Assembly (NCBI GenBank): GCA_024275575.1
Contig: JAJRYV010000132.1
Location: 17 to 64,016 of the forward strand
Direction: 5' to 3'
Source of the DNA: a bacterium
Lineage (GTDB): Bacteria; Zhuqueibacterota; Zhuqueibacteria; Zhuqueibacterales; Geothermadaptataceae
DNA length: 64,000 nucleotides
Under the pieces are notes generated by a model, which saw only the letters and a list, made by a program, of their open reading frames with translations, ran no database searches and was not told where the DNA came from. Position 1 is the stretch's first letter; every line of letters starts with the position of its first letter. Shown piece by piece: positions 1 through 9,898 of the stretch. A program made the translations under genes and the position numbers.

Positions 1-382
1 AAAGGAATATTTATAAGTCACTACAAAAGCAAATTAATATCTAAACATTGGAGTTATCCCACAAAACAGACTAAAATATGGCAAATTTTATGTTTTCTTC
101 GCGGATGAGAGGTGAACTTGGGTTAAAGTTGCATCTCGAGCAGAAAGATTACATATTTATTGATCAAAAACCACACCGGCTAAAAACTAATGGAATAGTC
201 TGTATTCCATTGAAGCCTTCAGCCAAAGTTGTCCGTCAGGATATTGTTATGGTTAAATGTGTGGATTTAAATCCCCGACGTGCCCATCGGGGCCAAACAG
301 TTACACCACCAGCGTGATAAAAATGAGAGTGGAATAACACCTCAGCGAGCTTCAGACAAGCTTCCAACTTCCAGGGAATAAT

Positions 383-1801
383 TCATCGTGGCTGAATCGA
401 CAGCCAGCGCTGCCAGTCTTCATCGTGCAATTCATCCCGTGCCGTGGAATGCACCAACGAATAATCGCCCCAGTCATGCGTATCGACGAACATAAATTCA
501 ATGCCGCCTTCGGTTTCGTAGTATTGCCAGATTTGATAGGCCCGCAAACCTTGTTCGCTGGGGTAGCGCTCGATTTCGCTGGGGGCGCCGTAAATGAGCA
601 AGACACGGCCACGGTCTGATTTGACCCCTTTTTTCAGCCCGCCAAAATTTTGCCGGGCGTAAGCGGCGCGTGCAAGATAGTTCTCGCGGAATTCGTTACG
701 CACAGTGGAAGAATCAGGATCACGTGAATACCAGAATTGACCCATGAAACGTTTTTTCCCGCCCAAATCGAGTGATTTATAAATCGACTTTTCCGTGGCG
801 CTGGCGATCCAGACGGCGGCTTCGAATTCTTCATCAAGTTTTTGCTCATCATATGATTCATATAAGCGCAAGAGCAAATTTTTTGTCACCGCAGGTGAAG
901 TCACATCTTGCCGGTCGCGTTTATCTTTTTTGCGAAAGATATAAAAGACCTGTTCGCGAATCGCTTGCTGTCCGCTGCCGTTATCCCGCACCGAGACCTG
1001 CAGGGTGTAAACGCCGGTTCGCAGGGTGACGATATTGATGCCGCCGATTTCAACGAGATTTTTTGCGGCTATTCTTTTATTTTTTTTTGCAAACATTTTC
1101 GTGGTTTGCCCACCAGCATCGAAGATTCTGTAGCGAACCGAATACGTCGCGGCATCAGCCGGCTGTAAATTGTAAATTTCAAAATAAAAACGCAAAACGA
1201 CCAGGCCATCGCCATAGAGCCTTCCGGGGTTGGGAATAACCCGATAGCCGTTGCGCTGAAAAACCGTGCGGCTGGTATCGCGTTCGATCTCTGTTGCCAT
1301 TTCAATATCGCTTAAAGTGAGTTTATCTATCGGCAGCGCACGGATTTTCAGCGGCACCTCTTTTTCACCCCGTGTTTCACCATTCAAATCTGAAATTTTT
1401 GTTCGAATGACATAAACCCCTGGTTTGAACTGAAACCTGGCAACATTAAACAAGGACTGGGTGGATTTTATCTCCTCCGGCCCGGCGGCAAATGAGGTGG
1501 CTGTCCAGCGCTGCTGCGTAATTTCCCGCCCCTGGCGCAATACGGTAACGCTGATCTCGTAACGCGCACGCAAACCCTGACCTTCGGGGATAAAATTCAA
1601 TGTTTGCCGCGGCACGGCAAAATACAATTCACCAAGATACAGGGAGTCATTGATGCGGAATTGTGCGCTATCTACAGAAAATTTCAGAGCGGGGCCTTCG
1701 GGGCCGGGGAACTGGGCAAACAGATGGAAAGACAGTGAAGTCCCGGTTACAATAGTATAAAGCAGGATATTTTTTAGAGTCGTTTTATTTTTAATGCTCA
1801 T
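383..1801 (-). CDS. GWxTD-domain-like secreted protein
   Basis: 472-aa ORF with a hydrophobic N-terminal signal-like segment (LLYTIVTGTSLSFHLFAQ). The C-terminal block GGLKKGVKSDRGRVLLIYGAPSEIERYP...AYQIWQYY...DWGDYSLV resembles the GWxTD domain by eye. Confidence 0.65.
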   Translation of the reverse strand: MSIKNKTTLKNILLYTIVTGTSLSFHLFAQFPGPEGPALKFSVDSAQFRINDSLYLGELYFAVPRQTLNFIPEGQGLRARYEISVTVLRQGREITQQRWTATSFAAGPEEIKSTQSLFNVARFQFKPGVYVIRTKISDLNGETRGEKEVPLKIRALPIDKLTLSDIEMATEIERDTSRTVFQRNGYRVIPNPGRLYGDGLVVLRFYFEIYNLQPADAATYSVRYRIFDAGGQTTKMFAKKNKRIAAKNLVEIGGINIVTLRTGVYTLQVSVRDNGSGQQAIREQVFYIFRKKDKRDRQDVTSPAVTKNLLLRLYESYDEQKLDEEFEAAVWIASATEKSIYKSLDLGGKKRFMGQFWYSRDPDSSTVRNEFRENYLARAAYARQNFGGLKKGVKSDRGRVLLIYGAPSEIERYPSEQGLRAYQIWQYYETEGGIEFMFVDTHDWGDYSLVHSTARDELHDEDWQRWLSIQPR

Positions 1802-1846
1802 AAAGTCAGGTCGGAATAATTCGTATTCATCCGGATTGTGCAGGTT

Positions 1847-4800
1847 TTACGCTGCCGGTTGGGAAACGCCGTTATTTTTCGATTTATTAAACTCTTCAAA
1901 TTTCACCGAAACGACTTTTGAAACACCCGGCGTTTCCATGGTGACACCGAACAATTGTTTGGCATTCATCATCGTCAATTTGTTATGGGTCACCGCGATA
2001 AACTGCGTATCTTTGGAAAATTCCGCCAGCGCCGAGGCAAAGCGGTTGGTATTGGGGTCATCGAGCGGTGCATCCACTTCGTCGAGAATGCAGAAAGGAC
2101 TTGGTTTGACGAGATAGATGCCGAACAGGAGCGATAGCGCCGTGAGTGTTTTTTCGCCACCGGAAAGCAGGGCTAAATTACTCAATTTCTTGCCTTTCGG
2201 GCTGGCATCGATAACGATGTCGGATTCCAGAGGATCATCGCCTTCGATATAAATATCCGCAATGCCGTTGGTGAAAAAGCTTTTAAATACCCGGATAAAA
2301 TTTTCGCGGACTTTCGAAAACACCTCATCGAAACGCTCATAGGCCGTGTTGTTGATCACTTTAATCGTCTCTTTCAGGTTGTCTTCTGCGGTGAGCAGAT
2401 CATTTTTCTGCGTCATTAAAAAATCGTAACGTTCTTTTTCAACTTCATAATCCTTCAATGCCAGCATATTTACAGGCCCAATGGAGCGAATGCGCTGTTT
2501 CAAATCATTGATGCGGTTTGCCGCTTGGCGCGTATCGATTTCATGCGGTGCCAGGTGTGCCTGCAAATCGACTTCGTAGGTTTCCTGAATCTGTTCGATC
2601 AGGTTGCGGCTATTCATTTTCAGTTCGGCGATGCGCAATTCTCCCTGATGGATTTCTTCCGCCAGCGTATCGCGCCGCTGTCGCACTGAACGCAGGGCTT
2701 TGTCGCGCTCGTCGAGCTCGTTTTTTCGCTCGGAATAGACTGTTTCAATCTCGGCGATGGCATCGTCGAATTTCTTGCGCTCGGCAAACTCCACCTGCAA
2801 GGATTCGCGCACTTCCGCGATATGGTCGTCGAGTTCTTCTATGCGATTCGTGTTGGATATGATCTCTTCCTCGCGCCGTTTTTTTGCCTCCTGAATTTCT
2901 TTTTCACTGCGGTCGATCTGCTGCAATCTGTTTTCGATACTTTTGACTTCCGCTTCTTTAGTGACGATCTCCACCTGAATTTTCTGGCGCGATGTTTCCT
3001 TTGCTTTCAATTCATTCTCGATGATATCCAGCTCATCACGATATTTTTTATACTCTTCTTCCAGCACCTGGCGATCGTCTTCCGTTTGCTTAAGCCCCGG
3101 CGCCAAATTAGCCAGTTGCTCCTCATATTCTGCAATACTGGCATCGAGACCGGTGCCTTCAAGTTGAAGCTCAGCCAGCCGATCATCAATTTTTTTCACC
3201 TCGCTGCCAACCTGATTCAGCGCAATTTCCAGGTGATGAAAAGCAACGCTTTGCTCTTTGAGCGCGGTTTGCAATTTTTCACTCTGTATGAGCTTGCGGC
3301 GTAGTTCATCGGAATCTTTTCCCAGGGTTTCTTTAATCCCGGCAGCGTTTTCTTCCAGCATGGCAATCTCGTTTTCCAATGCTTCGACGACAGCCTTACG
3401 GCCGACGAGACTCGCTTCGGCATCTGTTGTGCCGCCACCGCGGATCGCACCATTGCTATAGAAGACATCGCCGGCCGGCGTCACCAGGGATGGACAAGTC
3501 TGCCCCATTTCATTGTTGATCCTGACAGCAGCATCGAACGATTCGACGAGCCAAAAATGGCCCACCACCGATTGCAGCAAACGCTTGTATTTTTCATCCG
3601 CCTGAATAAACTCTGCCACACGGCCAAGCACACCGCCAACGCCGGATAAATCTTTGCTATTCTCGACCGTGGCGGCGGTAATTTTTCCCAGTACTGCCAG
3701 CGGCAGAAAGGTAACTGAGCCTTTGCCGGCTTGCCGCAATTCTTCGATAGCTGAAATCGCAGCATCAGGGTTTTCGACGATGAGCGAAACAGCAGCATCA
3801 CTTAAAGCTGCTTCAACTGCCGACCGGTATTGACTTTCAACAGAGATGATATTGCCGACAACATCCTCAATTGCCGTTCTGCTATGGTTTTCATCGAGCA
3901 GATAACGCACACCTTCAGGGTAATCATCCATATTTTCAAGAATTTGCCGCAACACGGCAAAACGTTCCTTGCGGCCTGATAATTTGTTTTCGACCAGCGC
4001 AAATTCTACCTTGCGTTCATCGATTCGCTGGCGCAGGTTTTCGATTTCATCTCGGGATGCGGAAAAATCCTTCTCCACCTGATCAAGCGATTGCCGGAGT
4101 TCGCTTTTTTGTTGCGTCAGCTCTTCCAGGCGGGAAACAGCTTGGCGTTTTTGCATCTGCAAATTTTCAGTGCTATCAGTGATGATGCCATGCCGCCGTG
4201 CGCTATATTCCAATTGCGTCCGCAATCGCTCTTCTTCTTTTTTGATATCACCGATATTTTCAAGTTTTTGCAGGCGCGTATCTTCTAGCTTTTTCCCCTG
4301 CTCACGCTCCCTGATGAAAGCCGCCTGAATGATTTCCAGAGCCTGATTTGCCGCACCGAGGTTTTGTTCGACATTTTTAGCTTCCGCACGCGCGTCATCA
4401 AGGTCGGCCAAGGCATCTTCTCTCTCTTCCTGTAATCGCTTGAGGCGATAGATGAGCTCATCGATTTCCTGTCTCGCGCGTATTCGTGCATTATCCGCCG
4501 CACGGACGCGCTCCTGGCTTACAAGAACATCTTCTTCTTTCGACTGAATTTTTTTGGATATTTCGATGAGCTGCTGTTTCTGCTGCGTCAATTCTTTTTC
4601 AATTTCCAGCAATTTAACCTGTTCAGACTCAAGACTGGCTTCTTCTGCGGCAAGGTGGCTGGAGACGCCGGCGCGTTCGCTTGAGATTTTTTGAATTTTT
4701 TCTTCGAGAGGCTGCCTTTCTTCCTGGATGAGTCGCAGGTGGTGAGCGCTGTAATCAAGTTCAAGTGTCCGCAATTCTTCAGTGAAATCACGGTAGCGCC

Positions 4801-5437
4801 GGGCTTTGTTGACCTGCCTTTTTAGTGAAGAAACGGATTTTTCAACTTCGCTGAGGATATCGGAGATACGCACGAGGTCCTGCTCTGTCGCCTGTAGCTT
4901 GCGCAAGGCCGATTTTCGCCGAATTTTGTATTTTGTCACCCCGGCCGCTTCTTCAAAAATCTGTCGTCGCTCTTCCGGTCGCCCACTGAGGATTTTTTCA
5001 ACCATACTCAATTCAATAACCGAATAGGCGTTGGCACCCATGCCGGTATCCATGAATAAATCGACGATATCTTTTAAACGACACATGGCATTGTTTAACA
5101 AATACTGGCTTTCTCCACTGCGGAACAACCGGCGGGTTATAACGACTTCAGAGAATTCAATCGGCAATATATTTTTTGTGTTTTCGATGGTCAGAGAGAC
5201 CTCCGCCATGCCCAGAGGTTTTTGCGTGCGGGTGCCGTTAAAGATAACATTTTGCATATTATCACTGCGCAGCGCTCCGGCTTTTTGCTCGCCGAGCACC
5301 CAGCGAATGGCATCGACGACATTGCTTTTGCCGCAGCCGTTCGGCCCGACTATCGCCGTCACGCCATCGTGAAAATTGATAACGGTTTTTTTTGCAAAAG
5401 ATTTGAATCCAAAAATTTCTAATCGGGATAAATACAC
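1847..5437 (-). CDS. smc: Chromosome partition protein SMC
   Basis: 1196-aa ORF. It has an N-terminal Walker A (GPNGCGKSN), very long Glu/Lys/Leu-rich coiled coils around a central hinge, and a C-terminal signature LSGGEKTLTALSLLF with Walker B (FCILDEVDAPLD). Confidence 0.95.
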   Translation of the reverse strand: MYLSRLEIFGFKSFAKKTVINFHDGVTAIVGPNGCGKSNVVDAIRWVLGEQKAGALRSDNMQNVIFNGTRTQKPLGMAEVSLTIENTKNILPIEFSEVVITRRLFRSGESQYLLNNAMCRLKDIVDLFMDTGMGANAYSVIELSMVEKILSGRPEERRQIFEEAAGVTKYKIRRKSALRKLQATEQDLVRISDILSEVEKSVSSLKRQVNKARRYRDFTEELRTLELDYSAHHLRLIQEERQPLEEKIQKISSERAGVSSHLAAEEASLESEQVKLLEIEKELTQQKQQLIEISKKIQSKEEDVLVSQERVRAADNARIRARQEIDELIYRLKRLQEEREDALADLDDARAEAKNVEQNLGAANQALEIIQAAFIREREQGKKLEDTRLQKLENIGDIKKEEERLRTQLEYSARRHGIITDSTENLQMQKRQAVSRLEELTQQKSELRQSLDQVEKDFSASRDEIENLRQRIDERKVEFALVENKLSGRKERFAVLRQILENMDDYPEGVRYLLDENHSRTAIEDVVGNIISVESQYRSAVEAALSDAAVSLIVENPDAAISAIEELRQAGKGSVTFLPLAVLGKITAATVENSKDLSGVGGVLGRVAEFIQADEKYKRLLQSVVGHFWLVESFDAAVRINNEMGQTCPSLVTPAGDVFYSNGAIRGGGTTDAEASLVGRKAVVEALENEIAMLEENAAGIKETLGKDSDELRRKLIQSEKLQTALKEQSVAFHHLEIALNQVGSEVKKIDDRLAELQLEGTGLDASIAEYEEQLANLAPGLKQTEDDRQVLEEEYKKYRDELDIIENELKAKETSRQKIQVEIVTKEAEVKSIENRLQQIDRSEKEIQEAKKRREEEIISNTNRIEELDDHIAEVRESLQVEFAERKKFDDAIAEIETVYSERKNELDERDKALRSVRQRRDTLAEEIHQGELRIAELKMNSRNLIEQIQETYEVDLQAHLAPHEIDTRQAANRINDLKQRIRSIGPVNMLALKDYEVEKERYDFLMTQKNDLLTAEDNLKETIKVINNTAYERFDEVFSKVRENFIRVFKSFFTNGIADIYIEGDDPLESDIVIDASPKGKKLSNLALLSGGEKTLTALSLLFGIYLVKPSPFCILDEVDAPLDDPNTNRFASALAEFSKDTQFIAVTHNKLTMMNAKQLFGVTMETPGVSKVVSVKFEEFNKSKNNGVSQPAA

Positions 5438-5627
5438 GCAACACCCTCCCTGGGGATTTTTTTACAACAATCGTTCTATTCTACTCAAAATTTACACGAA
5501 AACAGAACTGGGTGGTATAAATGTTTATTTCATGACAATTCATCAAAATCGATAAATAGAAATTAACGAAGAATTTTAACACAATTCAATGGATTTAAAA
5601 ATCAACAGGCAAATCTCGGCGTTTATT

Positions 5628-8156
5628 TCAATTCAACAGGCTCCAGTAATAATCGATATAAGCGAATATAGACTGGCTATGGTTGTAATAAAATGCGATG
5701 GAGCCGAACAGGATAAAAAGAATGGAAATAAATAAAACGAAAGCCCGGCCTGGCGGTAGGAACATCAACACACGCATGCCCCGGTAGACCCGCAGCAGAT
5801 GCCAGATGACGAAGAAAGCGATAATGCCAAGGGGGACAGAAATGCCCTCATCGCCGAGTAGTATGCGATAGAAAACCGGTGTGACCAGGGCCAGGGGCAG
5901 ATAGCTGGTTGCGGCCCAGAAGAGAAATGTCGTATATTGCCCGACCGATACCGGTTTGCTGAGCATAAAACCGAGAATTCGCAGCAACAAGGCGAGGATG
6001 ATCGTGAGGAAGATATAAGCGGCGGCGAGAAGAAAAATCAGCCAGCCGGGGTTCCAGATCAGCATGATGAGCCAATTTTTGAGTTCCGGCGATGGCAGCA
6101 ATAAATTTAAAATCTCATCGAATAATAAAAATTCACGGCAGGCAAAAAATGAGCTTGCCAGCAACAAAGCCAAAACCAGGCTCTGGGCGCAGGCAACGAT
6201 TGTCGTAATGAAGACAGGAACCTTGCGATTTTCATAGAGGTCGATATAAAATCCATGCGGATGCACGAATATCCGGCGTATCGTCGTGTTCAGACGACGA
6301 TCTCGCTTGAGATAGAATAAAAACATAAGAACCACCAGTACACCGACGAGGGCAAAAACCGCCGGGTTTTCAAGCTCCACACTGTTCGCTGAAATATTTG
6401 GCCGGCGCTCACTCTTGTTCAGTGCAGCCATCATTTGAAACGCCACACGCGCTTCCCCGCCGGAGCGCAACAGGCCGGCAGGGTAATTCAATTTATCATT
6501 CTTGCGCTCACCGATAATCAGTGTAGCGAATTCACCGCGCCAGTCTTGCAATGCATGCACAAAGCTGCCGGAATAATCCGGCCAGCTCTCGTGGAGAAAG
6601 CGTACGATCCTTTCAAGCTGTTCAGCCTGGATTTCTTCCGCTTCCTGCCAGCGGCGTTCAGGTTGCGTATAATCTTTTGAAACCAGAAATGGTTTGACAA
6701 AATAGCCCAAAACAGGTAAAAGCGGTTTCTCCGGCATGAGTGCCGGATCAAATCCAAGGTTTTCTTTTTCAAAATTATCAAACAAGAGAAAATCGACTGC
6801 TTCAAGTGAGGCATTTTTCATTGTCGAGCGGGTCATCAAATAAACCGGCCGGGAGTCATTTTGCCGCGCCAGTTGTATTAGTGATTCGGTGAATAATCGG
6901 GCAGCCGGTGCGCTATCATGAAAATTGACACCGATTCCCCAGCCCAGAATCGCCGGGCTAAGCTTATCGCGTTCGATGAGCTTTTGCAGCCCGGCTTCGG
7001 CGTCGCTGCGAATTTTTTTATTGCGCAATTGGGTTGCATTGGCAAAATAAACCGGAATTTCCTGTAAAAGCAGAATACCGTTTTCCGCACATTTTTGCAC
7101 CATATCAAGCGGGGCGGGAGAACCGACCGAGCGCAAGGTATTAGCGCCAAGTTTTTTGATGTTGTCGATCAAACGCTGAATTTCAACATGCCGCTTTTCT
7201 ACTGACAAGCCCGCAAGATCGTCAAACCAATCAACACCTTTGATAAGAAATTCTTTGCCGTTGAGCAGAAATTTTTTGCCGGTGATTTTCAGTTCCCGAA
7301 ATCCTGTCGGTCGCGCTATGGAGTCGACGAGCTTTCCAGCGATTAAAAAATCAATATTAAGCTGGTAGATTTCAGCAGTTTGCGGCGACCATGGCGAGAT
7401 ATTCGCCGCGTTAAACTTAATACCTTGCAGACTCCTGGTTGCTGATTTCAGATTGAATTCTATTCTTTTCGAACGTATGACCTCTCGGCCGTCTTTACGG
7501 AGGTGAATCCTGATTTCACCACGCTCAGCAGATGCATTTGATTTGGCAGTTACCGGCGGATTTTCCAGTTCCAAATCGATTTTGACGGCGATAGATGTCC
7601 ATGCTTTAGTGAAACTGTAATTCAGATTCTTCAACTGCAAATTCCACTGCGGCATCGCTTCAATATAAACCGGACTGAGAATGCCGCTATCCAGCCTTAA
7701 ACCAAGCGGCCGATGTTTAAAAGGCAAAGTTGAGCGATTATTGAGTTCAGGATTGATTTCAAATGTCAAAACATTTTCAGCACCATACTTGAGATTTTCC
7801 GGGTTTAAAGCTAACTCAACAAGATTGATGGCAGGAACAGCATTGCCGATAAATTTGCCGTTGAGTTTGACAGCGCAGTTGGGCTGCACCGAGGAGGCAT
7901 GCAAAACCAACTGATAATTTTTCAGTGAATCACTGAGGTGAAATGAGCGAGATAAAAAGACTATCTCAGTACCTTTTATGATGCCGGGAACGGTTAATCC
8001 TGCCCCGGTTTTATCACCTGATTCAATTTGCCATTTTCCATCAAGGGACAGCAGATACCGGTTTGCACCCGATTTTTGCCAACCGGCAGGCCCCTCTGCA
8101 ATACAGAAATTGGCCGACGCCAGCAAAAAATGTAGAATTAAAATCAATTTTTTCAT
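5628..8156 (-). CDS. Exported glycoside-hydrolase-family-2-like protein fused to a C-terminal polytopic membrane domain
   Basis: 842-aa ORF with a signal peptide (MKKLILILHFLLASANFCIA). GH2-like sugar-binding, Ig and TIM-barrel blocks are visible (FLLNGKEFLIKGVDW..., LGANTLRSVGSPAP, ENGILLLQEIP). The last ~250 aa contain at least 6 hydrophobic helices. Confidence 0.6.
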   Translation of the reverse strand: MKKLILILHFLLASANFCIAEGPAGWQKSGANRYLLSLDGKWQIESGDKTGAGLTVPGIIKGTEIVFLSRSFHLSDSLKNYQLVLHASSVQPNCAVKLNGKFIGNAVPAINLVELALNPENLKYGAENVLTFEINPELNNRSTLPFKHRPLGLRLDSGILSPVYIEAMPQWNLQLKNLNYSFTKAWTSIAVKIDLELENPPVTAKSNASAERGEIRIHLRKDGREVIRSKRIEFNLKSATRSLQGIKFNAANISPWSPQTAEIYQLNIDFLIAGKLVDSIARPTGFRELKITGKKFLLNGKEFLIKGVDWFDDLAGLSVEKRHVEIQRLIDNIKKLGANTLRSVGSPAPLDMVQKCAENGILLLQEIPVYFANATQLRNKKIRSDAEAGLQKLIERDKLSPAILGWGIGVNFHDSAPAARLFTESLIQLARQNDSRPVYLMTRSTMKNASLEAVDFLLFDNFEKENLGFDPALMPEKPLLPVLGYFVKPFLVSKDYTQPERRWQEAEEIQAEQLERIVRFLHESWPDYSGSFVHALQDWRGEFATLIIGERKNDKLNYPAGLLRSGGEARVAFQMMAALNKSERRPNISANSVELENPAVFALVGVLVVLMFLFYLKRDRRLNTTIRRIFVHPHGFYIDLYENRKVPVFITTIVACAQSLVLALLLASSFFACREFLLFDEILNLLLPSPELKNWLIMLIWNPGWLIFLLAAAYIFLTIILALLLRILGFMLSKPVSVGQYTTFLFWAATSYLPLALVTPVFYRILLGDEGISVPLGIIAFFVIWHLLRVYRGMRVLMFLPPGRAFVLFISILFILFGSIAFYYNHSQSIFAYIDYYWSLLN

Positions 8157-8480
8157 CGATCAGGCTTATTTAACGTTTTTATTTAAGTAAAAGCGAAGAG
8201 TAAAACGATTCGTCTATTAAAAATCCCCGAAAAGCCGATATTTGAAAAAGATTATTTTAAAGAGTACTCGGGGGTCATTTGCAGATTTACAGGTGAACAA
8301 AATAACAAAATCACAAGTGAGTTCAAAGCACTATCCGGCCATCGAACAGCCCCGCTGCGGCCTTCTTTTTTTATTGAAAATCCTTCTGCAGATTCTCATT
8401 CTCGGCCCAAACATGAAAAAGCAGCCACCAGAATGATGACTGCAATAATTATAAAAACTCGAGAAGCCGCATGTCCAGTG

Positions 8481-9470
8481 TCAGTATAAAAAGGACTGCA
8501 TCGGATCAATTCTTTTGCCATTTTTGCTGACTTCATAGTGCAGGTGTGGCCCGGTCGAGCGGCCGGTATCGCCAACTAGGCCGATGACATCCCAGCGTTT
8601 GACGTGCTGTCCGACTTCTACTTTTATTTTCGACATATGCCCGTACAATGTAACTGTTCCACCGCCGTGATCGATTTTCACACAGCGGCCATATCCACGA
8701 TTTCTTACATACCGACGGCGCACATAGATGACCTTTCCAGCGGCTGGAGCATAAATTGGCGTGCCGGTCGGCGCCGCGAAATCGAGTCCGCCATGATGCC
8801 GTGTTTTGCGTAAAAATGGATCGATTCGCGGGCCGAATATATCTGAAATCCGGCCACCGAGCATAGGGCGGATTGTCGGAATATTCTCCAGCGAGACTTC
8901 TCCGCCACTGTATTTACTTTCCAGGGCATTTTGTTCTTGCAGGCTTTTTTCAACATTGAGCTGGACGCTCTGTATGACACGCGAAAGCCCATCCGTCTCA
9001 CTTGTTGCAAACCGGCTATTTTCAGCGCTCGTTTGGAAATCTGTTGTGGCCTGATCCTGCAGTGCGGTTTTTATTGAATTATCTTTATGAACAGCCACAT
9101 CATCGGCTTTTACGAAAATATCCATTTCTATATCATGTGCATCATCGTCAACACCGGCAACAGGATCAACGGGAATATGATCGATCTGACTGGCGTTGAT
9201 TTCACCTGAAAAAAGGGAATATTCTTTTTCAATTTTAGCGATTTTATCGCTGACGCCGCCGTTATCAGCCTGCAAATTCGAGAGTGCATTTTTATCGGCA
9301 CTCACGTTGAAATAAGTGAAATAGATAATCGGCAATGTTAAAATACTGCCGAGAAACATCGATAAGGCAAGCAGATAAAAAGCAATTTTTCGCCAATTCA
9401 GTTCGATTTTAATATATTTCGTTGAATAGGAGGCGTGGGCGCGTTTTCGGTATTCGAAAATATCTGACAT
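8481..9470 (-). CDS. M23 family metallopeptidase (membrane-anchored)
   Basis: 329-aa ORF with an N-terminal TM segment. The C-terminal LytM/M23 motifs are HHGGLDFAAPTGTPIYAPAAGKV, LYGHMS and GDTGRSTGPHLHYEV. Confidence 0.88.
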   Translation of the reverse strand: MSDIFEYRKRAHASYSTKYIKIELNWRKIAFYLLALSMFLGSILTLPIIYFTYFNVSADKNALSNLQADNGGVSDKIAKIEKEYSLFSGEINASQIDHIPVDPVAGVDDDAHDIEMDIFVKADDVAVHKDNSIKTALQDQATTDFQTSAENSRFATSETDGLSRVIQSVQLNVEKSLQEQNALESKYSGGEVSLENIPTIRPMLGGRISDIFGPRIDPFLRKTRHHGGLDFAAPTGTPIYAPAAGKVIYVRRRYVRNRGYGRCVKIDHGGGTVTLYGHMSKIKVEVGQHVKRWDVIGLVGDTGRSTGPHLHYEVSKNGKRIDPMQSFLY

Positions 9471-9898
9471 CGTTCCTTAATCGTTTGTTTGACTTTCCAA
9501 TTTTAATCATTCCCGAGCATACGGGCCGAAAGCGTAAAAAATAAGGTATGCACAGTTGAAATTCAAGTCTTTTGTCGTGTTAAGAAGTATCTGAACAGAA
9601 CTATTTCCCGGTAAAGCGGATTTCGCCTGCTGCCGCTGTTTGGCGCAGACAACGATCCACGGACACTTGCCCGGATCATTGAAAATAAATTCCCGTGTAT
9701 TTGTAAAAAGCACCGAAAAAAGATACATGCACTTGAATATACGTGCAGAGAAACTCATCCTGGGCAAAGTGAATATGAGAGGATTAATTGCAGGGCTTAA
9801 CTTAGGTTTTTAAGATAGTTAAAAGTGTAGCCTCCGGCTGAAAAAATAAACCTGTTGAATCAGCTATTCTCGTTCTTGCCGGTGCGCACGGTGCTGAT

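Noticed and set aside
78-317. 79-aa ORF at the left edge of the window.
   Set aside because: It has no convincing RBS and no recognisable motif. It overlaps the hairpin CCCCGA-N8-TCGGGG (274-293), which fits better as the terminator of the minus-strand GWxTD gene.
9507-9767. 86-aa minus-strand ORF in the 430-bp gap between the M23 peptidase and the TAXI-like gene. I also checked this gap for a structured RNA.
   Set aside because: There is no coding signal or motif. I found only short 5-bp hairpins, nothing resembling a known RNA family.
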